From assembly GCF_018350175.1 (NCBI RefSeq), contig NC_058368.1, positions 84,136,001 to 84,200,000 of the forward strand: a stretch of DNA of 64,000 nucleotides, read 5' to 3'. Source of the DNA: Felis catus. Taxonomy: Eukaryota. The position numbers and the translations under genes are program-made. The notes beneath the pieces are model-generated. The model was not told where the DNA came from. It did no database searches and was given only the letters and a program-made list of their open reading frames with translations. Every line of letters begins with the position of its first letter. The stretch's first letter is position 1. Below are positions 1 to 12,714 of this stretch, in pieces.

Positions 1-627
1 CACTCAATATATAAATATCACATAAAAGGCAACATTCTACCTCCCAGAATCTTTCATCATAAGGCCTATATTGTGAAATACATACTGTGTGAAAGTACAG
101 ATATGTCTATAATCTCATTTTCCTAGTATGTTCTTTAATCTCTCCTCTAAGCACACCCAAGTAAATTATAAAATGAATAAATCTTATACTCTGTGCATTT
201 ATCTATATCCATATCAATATCTATATTTATATCCATATTTATATCTATATTTCATCACCCCTTGGAGTGACAGAATTGTACAATTTTGAAAATCATACAT
301 AATTGTATTATTTACCTGTGTAAAGCCTACAGTAGTTCAAAGCAAAGAAACTTATCAATGATAAATAAAGGACATTACATAATGATACAATGGTCAATTT
401 TCCAAGAAGAAATAATTCTTAACATGTATGTGCCTAATAACAACACTAAACAATATGAAACAATAGTAACTGATAATTTTTCTAAATAATTGTTAGACCC
501 CAAACCACAGAACCAGGAAAACCTGAAAACATCAAGCATGATAAATGCCATAAACATTATCATTTTATTTTCAAACTATAGAAAATGACAGGTAAAGAAA
601 AAAATCTTAGAAGACAGAGAAGAAGAA

Positions 628-1950
628 TAAAACTAGACCACTTTCTTACACCATATACAAAAATAAATTCAAAATGGATGAAAGACCTAAACAAGAGACA
701 AGAAACCATCAAAATCCTAAAAGAGAACACAAGCAGCAAACTCTTGACCTCGGCCAGAGCAATTTCTTACTAGACACATCACTGAAGGCAAGGGAAACAA
801 AAGCAAACATGAACTACTAAGACTTAAGATAAAAAGCTTCTGCACAGTGAAGGAAACAATCAGCAAAACTAAGGGGCAGCCTATGGAGTAGGAGAATATT
901 TGCAAATGGCATATTTGATAAAGGGTTAGTATCCAAAATCTATAAAGAACTTACCAAACTCAACACCCCCTAAAAAAAAAATAATAACCCAGCTAATAAA
1001 TGGGCAAAAGATATGGATAGACACTTTTCCAAAGAAGATTTCCAGATGGCTAACAGACACATGAAAGGATGCTCAACGTCACTCATTATCAGGGAAATAC
1101 AAATCAAAACCATGATGTGATATGACCTCACACCTGTCAGAATGGCTAAAATTTACAACACAAGAAATAAGAGGTCTTGGTGAGGATGCAGAGAAAAAGG
1201 AACCCTCTTGTACTGCTGGTGGGAATGCAGACTGGTTCAGCCACTCTGGAGAAAAGTATGGAGGTTCCTCAAGAAATTAAAAATAGAACTCTCCTAGGAT
1301 CCAGCAATTGCACTATTAGATATTTACCCAAAGGATACAAAAATGTAGACTCAAAGGGGTACATGCACCCAATGTTTATAGCAGGATTATCAACAATAGC
1401 TAAATCATGGAAAGAGTCCAAATGTCCATCAACTGATGAAGGGATAAAGAAGATGTGATATATATATATATATATATACACACACGCACACACATATATA
1501 TATGTATATATATATATATATGTGTGTATATATATACACACACACATATACACAATGGAATATTAGCCCTTGTAAAGAATGTCACCTTGCCATTTGCATT
1601 GACATGAATGGAGCTAGAACATATTATACTGAGTGAAATAAGTCAGAGAAAGACAAATTCCATATGACTTCACTCATATGTGGAATTTAAGAAACAAAAC
1701 AGATGAACATATGGAAAGGGGGGAAAAGAGGAGAGAAGGAAGCAAACCACAACAGACTCTTAATGATAGAGAATAAACTAAGGGTTGATGGAAGGAGGTG
1801 GGTGGGAGATGGGCTAGATGGGTGATGGGTATTAAGGAGGGCATATGTTGTGGTGAATGCTAGGTGTTGTATGTAAATGAAGAATCACTGGTTCTACTCC
1901 TGAAACCAACTGCACTGTATGTTAACTAAATAAAATTTAAATTAAAAAAA
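628..1950 (+). mobile_element. 5'-truncated carnivore L1 (ORF2 3' end and 3'UTR)
   Basis: [16 protein letters not shown] motif, L1 3'UTR, A-rich tail and an AGAAGAAGAA TSD-like repeat at both ends. Confidence 0.9.
1457..1552. repeat. Compound (TA)/(CA) microsatellite in an L1 3'UTR
   Basis: Direct reading; similar tracts at 5653-5686, 11700-11800, 15322-15358 and 27602-27646. Confidence 0.85.
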
Positions 1951-2475
1951 GAAGAAGAAAAAAGAGTAAAAAACACTACCTATAAAGGAGAAAATAATTA
2001 CATCTGTCTTCTCTTTAGAAACAATGCAAGCAAAAAAGTAACAGAGTGTTGAGAGGGAAAAAATACTAATCTAGAATTCTGTACCATGTGAAGTTATCCT
2101 TCAAAATTGAAGGAGAAATAAAGACTTTTATAGGTAAACAAAAATTGTAGGAATTTGTTGCTACTAGACCTGTCTTGCAAGAAATGCTTAAAGAAGTTCT
2201 TAAAAGAAAAGGAATATTATTTAAGTTAGAAACAGATCTACACAAAACAAGCAAGAGCATCAGAGAATAAACAAGTAAAGGTAAAATTAAAGTTTGTGTA
2301 TCTCTTATTCTTAATTGATCTAACAAATAAGGATTTCTTCAAAATAATATAACAACGTATTTGATCATGTATGTGTTATATATATCAATATATGTTTATG
2401 CATGGTTATGTATAAGTAAAATGAATGCAGAAATGATAAAAAGGACTACAGAGGAATCAGAAATATTTGCTTATT

Positions 2476-2705
2476 GGGGCACCTGGGTGGCGCAGTCGGT
2501 TAAGCGTCCGACTTCAGCCAGGTCACGATCTCGCGGTCCGTGGGTTCGAGCCCCGCATCGGGCTCTGGGCTGATGGCTCAGAGCCTGGAGCCTGTTTCTG
2601 GATTCTGTGTCTCCCTCTCTCTCTGCCCCTCCCCCGTTCATGCTCTGTCTCTCTCTCTGTCCCAAAAATAAATAAATGTTGAAAAAAAAAAGTTAAAAAA
2701 AAAAA
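2476..2705 (+). mobile_element. Young felid Can-SINE (SINEC_Fc type)
   Basis: tRNA-derived head with intact CpGs, CT tract, A tail and a perfect TSD GAAATATTTGCTTATT. Confidence 0.95.
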
Positions 2706-3048
2706 GAAATATTTGCTTATTATAAAGTACTTTCACTACCCATGAAGTGTCACAGTTTTATTTGAAGTGAACTTTACATATTTCATATGTAAATATTATG
2801 TAAAGGTATATTGAACACTCAAACAATCTGTTTAAAAAGTAAGAATATTTATAACTAATATGATAAGAAGGAAGAAAATGGAAACATTTAAAATACTTAA
2901 AATTACAAAATGCAGAAAAAACAGTGGAAAACAAAAATAGAAACAAAGAACTAAAGCAAAAAGAATACAAAGCAGTCACCACAATGTTAGATATTAATAC
3001 AACTATATCAATAATCACTTTAATGTCAATGGTTTAAATATGCCAATT

Positions 3049-3483
3049 AGGGGCACTTGGGTGGCTCAGTAGGTTAAACGTCCAACTTTGGCTCAAGTCA
3101 TGATCTCGTGGTTCATGACTTTGAGCCCCGCATCAGGCTGTGTGCTGTCAGTGCAGAGCTCACTTTGGATCCTCATGTTGGATCCTCCGTCTCCCTCTCT
3201 CTCTTCCCCACCATGCTCTCACATGCATGAGCACATGCCCTCTCACTTAAAAATAAACATTTAAAAAAATGGATGTCATGGCACTGGGTGGCTCAGTCAG
3301 TTGAGTGTCTGACTCTTGATTTTGGCTCAGGTCACAATCTCACAGTTGGTGGGATCAAGCTTTGCATCAGGGTCTGCACTGACAGCATGGAGACTGCTTG
3401 GGATTCTCTTCCTCTCTCTCTCTGCCCCTCGTCTACTTGCATGCTCTTTTTCTCAAAATAAATAAATGAACTTAAAAAAAAAA
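3049..3483 (+). mobile_element. Two adjacent Can-SINEs (~3049-3270, ~3272-3483)
   Basis: Two GGGTGGCTCAG heads, each with a CT tract and AATAAA/A tail. Confidence 0.85.
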
Positions 3484-3494
3484 TGGAGACTGTC

Positions 3495-5240
3495 TCTTAA
3501 AATTTGTATGGAACCACAAAACACCCTGAATAGCCAAAGCAATCTTGAAAAGGAAAAACATTGGGGCGCCTATGTAGCTCAATCACTTGAGCATCTGACT
3601 CGGCTCAGGTCCTGATCTCACTGTCCATGAGTACGAGCCCCGCATTGGGCTCTGTACTGAGAGCTCAGAGCCTGGAGCCTGCTTCTGATTCTGTGTCTCC
3701 CTCTCTCTCTCTGCCCCTCCCCTGCTCTCACTCTGTCTTTCACATTGTCTCAAAAACAAATAAACATTAAAAAAAGAAAAGAAAAACAAAGTTGTACACA
3801 ATCACAGTTCTGCACTTCAAGTCATATTGCAAAGTTGTGGTGATCAAGACACTACAAAAAGAGACACATATATCAAAGTCTCAAGAAGAGACACTACTAA
3901 AAGAGACACATAGCTCAATGGAACAGAATAGAAAACCCAGAAATGGACTGTCAACTATATGATAAACTAATCTTCAACAAAGCAGGAAAGAATATCCAAT
4001 GGAAAAAAAGTCTCCTCAACAAATGATAGGAAAATTGTACAACAATGTGCAAAAGGATGAAATTGGACCACTCTTTTATACCATACACAAAAATAAACTC
4101 AAAATGGTTGAAAAACCTAAATGTGAGACAGGAAACCACCAAAATCTTAGAGGAGAACACAGGCACTAACCTCTTTGATATCAGCTATAGCAACTTCTTT
4201 CTAGATATGTCCACTGAGGCAAGGGAAACAAAGGCAAAAATAAAATATTGGAGCTTCATGAAAACATAAAGCTTCTGCACAGTGAAGGAAATAGCCAACA
4301 AAACTAAACAGCAGCCTATGGAATGGAAGAAGATATTTGCAAACAACATATTTGATAAAGGGTTAGCATTCAAAACATTTAAAGAACTTATCAAACCCAA
4401 CACCCAAAAAACAAATAATCCAGTGAAGAAATGGGCAGAAGACATGTACAGACATTTTTTCCAAAGATATACAAATAGCCAACAGACATATGAGAAGATG
4501 CTCAACATCACTCATCATCAGGGAAATACAAATCAAAACTACAATGGGCTATCACCTCACACCAGTCCGAATGGCTAAAGTTAACAACACAGGAAATGAC
4601 AGATGTTGGCAAGGATGTAGCGAAAGAGGACCCTCTTACACTGTTAGTAGGTTTTCAAACTGGTGTAGCCACTGTGTAAAACAGTATGGAGATTCCTCAC
4701 AAAATTAAAAATAGAACTACCCTACAATCTAGCAATTGCACTACTAGGTATTTACCCAAAGGATACAAAAACAAGGATTCAAAGGGATACATGCACCCTG
4801 ATGTTTGTTTACATTATTTACAATAGCCAAATTATAGAAAGAGCCTAAATGTCCATCAAGTGATGAATAGATAGAGAATATAAATATAAAGTGAAATATT
4901 ACTCATCCATAAAAAAAGAATTAAATCTTGCCATTTGCAACAACATGGGTGGAACTACAGAGTATCATGCTAAGTGAAATAAATCAGAGAAAAACAAATA
5001 CCATATGATTTCACTCATATGTGAAATTTAAGAAGCAAAACAAATGATCATAGGGACTGATAGAGAAGCAATACAAGAAACAGACCCTTAACTATAGAGA
5101 ACAAGCTGATGGTTACCAGAGGGATGGTGGGTGGGAGGATGGGTTAAATAGTTGATGTAGATTAAGGAGTGGACTTGTTTTGATGATTACCGGGTGTGGT
5201 ATGGAAGTGTTGAATCATTAAATTGTACACCTGAAACTAA
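3495..5240 (+). mobile_element. L1 ORF2 3' part and 3'UTR, with a Can-SINE inserted at ~3563-3790
   Basis: [18 protein letters not shown] and [14 protein letters not shown] motifs; L1 3'UTR. Confidence 0.9.
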
Positions 5241-5274
5241 AAAATGTCAGAGTGAATCAAATTCAAGACCCAAT

Positions 5275-5568
5275 GTGATGCTAAGTGAAATAAGCCATAC
5301 AGAGAAAGACAGATACCATATGGTTTCACTCTTATGTGGATCCTGAGAAACTTAACAGGAACCCATGGGGGAGGGGAAGGAAAAAAAAAAAAGAGGTTAG
5401 AGTGCGAGAGAGCCAAAGCATAAGAGACTGTTAAAAACTGAGAACAAACTGATGGGGGGTGGGAGGGAGGAGAGGGTGGGTGATGGGTATTGAGGAGGGC
5501 ACCTTTTGGGATGAGCACTGGGTGTTGTATGGAAACCAATTTGTCAATAAATTTCATAAAAAAAAAAG
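5275..5568 (+). mobile_element. Short felid L1 3' tail
   Basis: GGGATGAGCACTGGGTGTTGTATGGAAACCAATTTG...AATAAA followed by an A tail. Confidence 0.85.
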
Positions 5569-5569
5569 A

Positions 5570-5647
5570 CCCAATTATGTGCCATTTGCAAGAAAGTGAC
5601 TTTAAACATGAAAACATATATAAATTAAAAGGACACAGATGGACAAG

Positions 5648-5689
<42 letters not shown>

Positions 5690-6920
5690 ATGCTGAAACT
5701 AATCAAAGAAAATAGAAGTAGACAAATTAATTTCAGAAAGAGCAGACTTCATAGCAAGGAGACTTGTCAGGAATAAAGAGGGCATTACATAATAATAAAG
5801 GAGCCAATTCTACAAGCAGACATGACAATCCTTAACATGTATGTATCTAACAACCCAGCATCAAAATACATAAACAAAAGTAATATAACAGTATGGATAA
5901 ATAAATGAATCCACATTATAATTGAAGACTTTAAAACTAGTCTCTCAGAAATAGACTGAGGCATAAATCAGTAAGGACATGGTTGAACTCAACAACACCA
6001 TCACCCAACTGGATATAACTGACATCTACAAACTACTTTCTCCAACAACAGCAGAATACACATTCTTCTCAAGTTCACACAGAACACTCACCAAGATAGA
6101 CCACATTCTTGACTATAAAACACACCTTAAATTTAAAGGAAAAGAAATCATACACTATCTGCTTCCAGACTACAATGAAGTTAAACTAGAAATCAGTAAC
6201 AGAAACACAACTGACAAATCCCGAAATACATGGAGATTAAAAAGCACACTTCTAATTGTCAAAGAAGGAATCTCAAGAGAAATTTTAAAAAAAGAAATTA
6301 GAACTAAATGAAAATGTAACAATTTGTTAAAATTTGTGGGATGCAGAAAAACAGGTCTTTTTACTTTTTTTATTATTTTTTTTATGTTTATTTTTGAGAG
6401 AGAGACACAGTGCAAATGGGGGTGGAGCACAAAGAGAGGGAGACACAGAATCTAAAGCAGGCTCCAGGGTTCAAGCTGTCAGCACAGAGTCCGATGTGGG
6501 GCTCAGACTCACAAACTGTGAGATCATGACCTGAGCAGAAGAAGGGTTTATAACTGACTGAGCCACCTAGACGCCCCTTAATTTTTTTAAGTATATTTAT
6601 TTATTTTAAGAAAGAGAGAGCATGCACAAGCAGGAGAGGGGCAGGGAGAGAGAGAATCTCAAGCAGGCTCCACACTGCTGGCATGGATCCCAAGGGCTCA
6701 AATCCACAAACCATGAGATCATGACCTGAGCTGAAATCAAGAGTAGGATGCTTATCTGACTGAGCCACCCAGGCGCCCCATGAAAAAACAGATCTTAAAG
6801 GAAAATTTTATATAACTAAATGCATATATTAGACAATAAGAAAGATCTAAAATCTATAATATAAGCATGCATGTTAGTAAAATAGAAAAACAAATTAAAT
6901 CTAAAGTAAGGAGAAGAAAA
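5570..6920 (+). mobile_element. Old L1 ORF2 endonuclease region, with two minus-strand Can-SINEs (~6360-6578, ~6580-6779)
   Basis: ORF 5979-6311 contains the L1 endonuclease motif AEYTFFSSSHRTLTKIDHIL. Confidence 0.85.
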
Positions 6921-6929
6921 GGAATAATG

Positions 6930-7315
6930 AGATAGATACAGATATTTAGATAGATATAGATCCCTTGACATGTAGATGATAGATCTATGGATATATCACA
7001 TATCGAGATCTGGATAGACATATGGTAAGTAGATGCTAGATTAGATGATGATAGATGACAGATAGAACATACATATATACACAATAGAGATGGAGATAGA
7101 TATCTAGATAGATATAGATCTATATCTAAATATAGCTATAAATTTGTCATATAAATATATCACATATATATTGATAAATGATAAATGATACATACACACA
7201 TACATACTAGACATATTTAGGTAGATCTCTATCTAGATACACATATATGTATCATATAGATATATCACATGTATATATTGATAACTAAATGATAGATAAT
7301 AGATATATGATATCA
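6930..7315. repeat. Degenerate (GATA/TA)n low-complexity tract
   Basis: Direct reading; adjoins a minus-strand L1 3' fragment at ~7315-7505. Confidence 0.75.
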
Positions 7316-7509
7316 CATTTTCTTTATCCATTCATCCATTGATGGACACTTAGGTGATTTTCATATCTTGGCTATTGTGAATAATGTTGCAATGAACATG
7401 AGGGTGTATGTATCTCTTTGAGATACTGATTACATTTCCTTTCAGTATATACCCAGAATTGAGAATGCTGGATCATATGGCAGTTCTATTTTTAGTTTTA
7501 TGATGATGT

Positions 7510-7790
7510 TTGTTTGCACAGGTGCAAATGGTCTTTCCATCTTCTTCATCTTCTGTGATACTCCTCTGGAAAAAGAATTTATGATAGGTTTACTCTCAAT
7601 CATCTTCCCAGGTGTAGTTCCTCCCCAAAGAGGGGAGTGTTGGCAGACTGATTTCCCAGAAGTTGCTGCTTTTAGTCATACAAAGGAAGCTCTGAAAAGG
7701 CTTCTTTCTGTTGAATTTATGAATATCAAATCTCTTCAGCTTAAAAAAACCTTCATACCAATTTTGTGGTCCTGAGTGGGCCCATACTTC
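7510..7790. mobile_element. Probable ERV1-type LTR fragment
   Basis: Resembles MER4-group LTR sequence from recall and shares motifs with 26395-27075. Confidence 0.4.
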
Positions 7791-8560
7791 CTTAAAAAAA
7801 AAGTTTAGACATAAAGATCCCTCAACTCCTTACCAGCTGGCATTTTCTCATCCTCAGCAATGTGAGGATCTGACCTCAGCAGCTGTCCTCACTATTCTAC
7901 CTAGCAGCAGCAACAGCCCTGAAGTTTGAGCTGAAATCCTGTACATAATTGAAGTTCTGTTAACTCCATTTGAGGCATTTCTTCCAAAAATCCTCTCCTG
8001 CCTATTATTTTTCCCTTTATTTTTGAGATTCCCACCTACTTCATACCTGGAAGAGAACCAGGAGGACTGCACCCAAGAGGCAGGTGGATTGGTGGCCTTT
8101 ATATACTTCATCCTTAATCTGCCCAGTCCCAGCGACATAGTCCATACCCTCTTGAAGGGCTTTTTTTTTTTCAACTGTCTTCTCACAGAGACTGTCACTC
8201 TCCTTGATCATTTAAGTAGTGTGCCTATGGACAACCTCCAAGACTTGTAGTAGAGGAGAGCAGATGTTTAGAACAGGGAGACAGAGGGCTGATGGAGCCA
8301 TGTGTCCCTCCGTTACTTGCTGTCCATCTGGGAAAACAGGCAAAGCAGTGTTCTCTCAAGGACTCCTGGCCTGTTCCTCCTATAACCTTCACCACATCTT
8401 TCCACCTCTGATATCATTTCCACATCAGTGATTTTAGAAAAATAAATTCTCCCCTCCTATTCCCCAGGATCCTGCACAAATCAGAAGAAATGATAAATGT
8501 TAAATCAATATGATAAGTCAAAAAACTTTGTGCAAGTGGTGAGGAAAGTAGGTTCTAGAT

Positions 8561-8770
8561 CAATGGTTCTCAACCAGGGTGCAGTTTTGCACCCAGGGAC
8601 GTTTGGCACTGCCTGAGACATTTTTCACTGTAATAACTTAGAGTGGATACTACTGGCATCTAGCAGATAGATGCCAGAGAAGCTGCTAAACATCTAACCA
8701 TGTACAGGAAAACCTCCCACAACAAAGATCTTGTCTAAAACATCAACAGTGCCAAGACTGAGAGACCCTG
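8561..8770 (+). mobile_element. MER20-like hAT-Charlie MITE, adjacent to a MIR fragment (~8775-8900)
   Basis: Ends CAATGGTTCTCAACC...CTGAGAGACCCTG; internal ACTGGCATCTAG..GATGCCAG motif. Confidence 0.8.
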
Positions 8771-9880
8771 CTTTAGACCCAGATTTCTTGGGCTAGATCC
8801 CAACTTTGCCCTGACTAGCTATGTGACAACAGGAAAATTATTTAACATCTCTATGCCTCATATTCCTCATTCAAAAAATATGGATATTAATACTCATGTG
8901 TAAAATAGGGATATCATTGTGTTAATAAATGAAGATGACCAAAATGAGAACAGACAAAAGTTATTTATTTAGAGCTTGCTATAGCAAGGGAGTTTGCCAG
9001 CATCACTTATATTTTGGCAGGTCTCAAAGACAGGCAGAAGAGTGGAAGAGATTTACAATAGAAAAAAGGGAAGGCTTCAGATATGCCCTGGTTGGATCTT
9101 GTTGACATGAGGGAAGCTTGAGGCAGGATAACTAGACATGTGTCCTATGTGATTTGGCTTTCTCTGGTTGGTCCTAAGTTGAAAACAAGAACAAAAATTA
9201 GGGAAGCTCTCAGCTATTGACCAAGTCTTATTTGGGTCTTTAATTCTACAGAGGTTGTGCTTTGGCTTCCTGGACTGATATTCTGCAGACTTTCATTTTA
9301 TATATAGTCTAGCCATTGTTTACATATTCAGTGACTTGTTATTATAAGTCCTTGAGAAAGTAGTAAGGAAGGTTTTAAAAATAGGTCATATACAAAGATG
9401 CTATATGGTATCCAAGGGCTGAGGAGAGAATTTAAGAAAGAACACACTTAGAAGAATAGCTCCTTTCAAGGCTGGAGTTCAGGCCTCATTGGGGAAGATG
9501 CAGTTACCCACTGGAGAACAAAAAAAGTTCACTGTTTTTCCCAGGCCTGAGCTAGTCTGCAGTCACCAGGAAAGTAGGTAGCAACTGGGACACAGGTGAG
9601 CTGCTGCTGGTTGACAAAACATGGACATGCAGGGGGTGTTGGGGCCTGGAGCATGTGGTGTCTATATTGGGAGGACTTCCAAAAGGCAATCACCAGACTG
9701 GGTTATAAAGTTACTAGGGGACCACCAGATGTTCTCCCATACACACCACTGAAACCTTCCTTCTAGAGGGCCCTCCAGCACCCTGTGCTGAGAAAGGTTA
9801 ACATCACACTCACTCTCAAAGGAGAAATACTTAAAAGAATACATCCACCATCACAAAGCACGTATTAAGGAATAAATTGA

Positions 9881-10100
9881 GGGCGCCTGGGTGGCTCAAT
9901 TGGTTAAGTGTCTGACTTCGGCTCAGGTCATGATCTCACAGTTTGTGAGTTCGAGCCCCACATTGGGCTCTGTGCTGACAGCTTAGAGCCTGGAGCCTGC
10001 TTCAAATTCTATGTCTCCCTCTCTCTCTGCTCCTTCCCTGCTCATACTCTCTCTCTCTCTTTCAAAAATATATTAAAACATTAAAAAATTTTTAAAAAAA
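9881..10100 (+). mobile_element. Can-SINE
   Basis: Standard structure; TSD GAATAAATTG. Confidence 0.92.
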
Positions 10101-10884
10101 GAATAAATTGAGAGCTGACACATTGAAGAAGCAGTAAAGGGAATAAATACATATTTGTGCATATCCCTTAGGGTTATCATAAGAATAAAGTTTAAAAATA
10201 AAAAAAAAATCTTGCTAACCAATCAAGTCCAAGCTCCTTATGCCAGCATTTAGTGAAACCCAACACATCTCCTGCCTTTTTAGGTATAGCATTTAGGATC
10301 AGCCTGGAGCACAGTGGGCAGTCACCATCATCAGGAATGGCCCCTCCCCAAATATCCATCACCCCTAAGAAGTCTTAACACCCTGGCTACTTCTTATTTG
10401 AAAATCACTCACGCTACCTGTCGCTCATGATTCAGGTGGGAAGCTGTCTTCAATCTCATTAAGGTAGGACAGCTTCTTTACCTCTGTATCTTCCAAAGAT
10501 ACCCAGCACAGCATCTGAACAAAGCATTCACTTAGCCAAGATTTTTTGGCCAAGAAAAATAGTGAGTGACTCCTAAATTCAGTGCAAATAGCACTTTTTC
10601 ATAGGCTACAGTAAGTGTGTTCCTGAAAGTTCATTCAATATAGGAAATTATCACAAATATGGTGGAAGAGGTTGGAGTATAAGGGACTCTAATGAATGCA
10701 GACACTTTATGAAGTAAATAATTACTTCTGCTTAAAAAATTGGAAATTGTCATTTTTTTGGGTGTGAAAACCAACTAATATATTCCCACATTATATGATC
10801 TTAAGTGAAACATACATGTCCATGTAATTGTTTTGCTCTTTAATGAAAGGTGGGGGAAGAGTTGTATGGGCAGCTGTTTTATAG

Positions 10885-11537
10885 AAATGCCCATTTTGTT
10901 ACCTTATTTTGTTTAAAATCCTCTAGCAGCTTCCTACATTCTTCAGAGGACCATCCAAAGTCTTCCCAATGGCCCAAGGGGCCCTTCCACACCTGCTTGG
11001 CCATGTTACCCATTCTCTTCCAATTATGTTTCCACCATCTAACTTTATACTACTGGCTCTTCTGCAGCCATGCCAGGCACAGTGTCGACTTGGGGTGTTG
11101 GCATTCATTGGTCTCTCTGCCTAGAGGCTCCTCCCTAAATACTGCCATATATTCCTCCTGTCCTTAGTCCCCACTCAGTGAGGCTTCTTTGATCTGACAC
11201 ATGATGGGGCAGAATTCTCCCTGATTGGAACTCTAAACACCTTGCCCTGATTTCTTTCTTTTCTTCCCTAGCACAAATCATCTTCATAAGCACCATATAT
11301 TTCCTTGGTCTTTTGTTCATTGTCTCTCACTCCTATAAGAAAATTAGGTCTATTGGGGTGCCTGGGTGGCTTAGTCAGTTAAGTGTGTGACTTCAGCTCA
11401 GACTGTGATCTCGCCATTCATGAGTTCGAGCCCCACGTCAGGCTCTGTGCTGACAGCTCAGAGCCTGGATCCTGCTTTTTCACATTGTGTCTCCCTCTTT
11501 CTCTGCCCTTCTCCTGCTCATGCTCATGTCCTGTCTC

Positions 11538-11570
<33 letters not shown>

Positions 11571-11700
11571 TAAAAATAAATAAACATTAAAAAAAATTTT
11601 TTTAAAGAAAATAAGATCTATGTTGGGAATAGTTTCACTAACTACTATATCTCCAGTGCTTAGAATAAGCACTTCAAACATAATACTTTTGCTTAAAATT
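10885..11700 (+). mobile_element. L2 3' fragment interrupted by a Can-SINE (~11355-11610)
   Basis: L2-like TTTAAAATCCTC...CTTCC...AAAGTC and CTCCAGTGCTTAGAA motifs; SINE head, CT tract and A tail. Confidence 0.6.
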
Positions 11701-11838
11701 GTAATATATAATATTACAAACATAATAAATATACTATATATATTACAGTATATGCAGTATACATGCATATATATATATATGTATATGTATATATTTATAA
11801 TGGGGACATTGGAAGCCTAAATGTTTGATATTAAGAAA

Positions 11839-12714
11839 TTATTGTTCTATTTTAAATAAAAAGAAAAATAGGAAGTCATACAGTTTTGACAGCTGAGACT
11901 CATGTAACACACACATGGGAGGCAGTAGAGAGGAGAAGAGCTGACCTTTCAGGGAAAGTGGGAGTGCGGTGCTCAGGAGACCAAGGATACACAGAGGGGC
12001 ATGCAGGGACAGGTCTACAAGAGGACAGGGGGTGAAATGAGGGCAGGCCCTGGGGGGACAAACAGTAGAGGCAGGGTGGACCCTGGTGTGGGGAACACAG
12101 GTGGCAGCCTTTCCTACAGGCAGCAGCCACTGCAGCACTGGCCATTGGTGCCCCCTCCCCCCCTGAAACAAGGTCTGCAAAAATTCCCACAATCTGCTTC
12201 TGCCCTCTGATCCTGTCAGTGCCAGAAGGCTACCCTGAACAATGAGGGTCTGAGCTGTGCCTATACACTGTATATTTGTGCTGGCCTGGAGGTCCTCCGT
12301 TGGTGTGGGAAAGATCACAGGAGGGTCTCTGCTGGTCACACTGCACTGTGGCACCACCAGCTTGTCCTTGAAAAACCCATCTGGGATAATGTGGGCAGAT
12401 GATGGAGGTCACTCTAAGAACCCTTTCTGCCCACTTATGGCCTCACCAAGGCAGGAAGTGTTTTCCATTTCAGCCTCAGCTCTTTCCTCCACAGCAACCT
12501 CAGACAAAATGTCAGAGACCATGAGCTGCTGCAGAGCCACTGGGTCCTGGTCTTCATCCCCACCCTCATCGTCCCACATGAAAGCCGTCCTGGGCTGGGG
12601 GGAGGGGAGGTGTTTGAGGTGCAAGGTCCTCTGGTCCTAGGTGAGGCTGGAGTACCTGTCAGTGCCACTCCCCAGTCACACATTCGGAATCTTTTTGGGT
12701 GTCCACTCTATTTT
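11839..12714 (-). pseudogene. Putative decayed coding exon of an unidentified gene
   Basis: GC-rich island not matching any repeat I recognise. One frame of 292 codons has only 3 internal stops, joining the ORFs 12409-12624 and 11839-12357. Acceptor-like ...CTCTAACACCAG at 12715. Confidence 0.5.

Larger units (their letters stand above)
345..2340 (+). mobile_element. Old L1 fragments (ORF2 endonuclease piece, then ORF1 region), interrupted by a younger L1
   Basis: GHYIMI.WSI.QE.I.ILN.Y.PNN-like translation at ~370-450; ORF1-like PRILY..KLSFK.EGEIKTF at ~2070-2130. Confidence 0.7.

Noticed and set aside
7854..8198. 114-aa minus-strand ORF
   Set aside because: No recognisable domain, start context or splice structure; within the range expected by chance.
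12257..12640. 127-aa + strand ORF
   Set aside because: Ser-rich antisense shadow of the more protein-like minus-strand frame.
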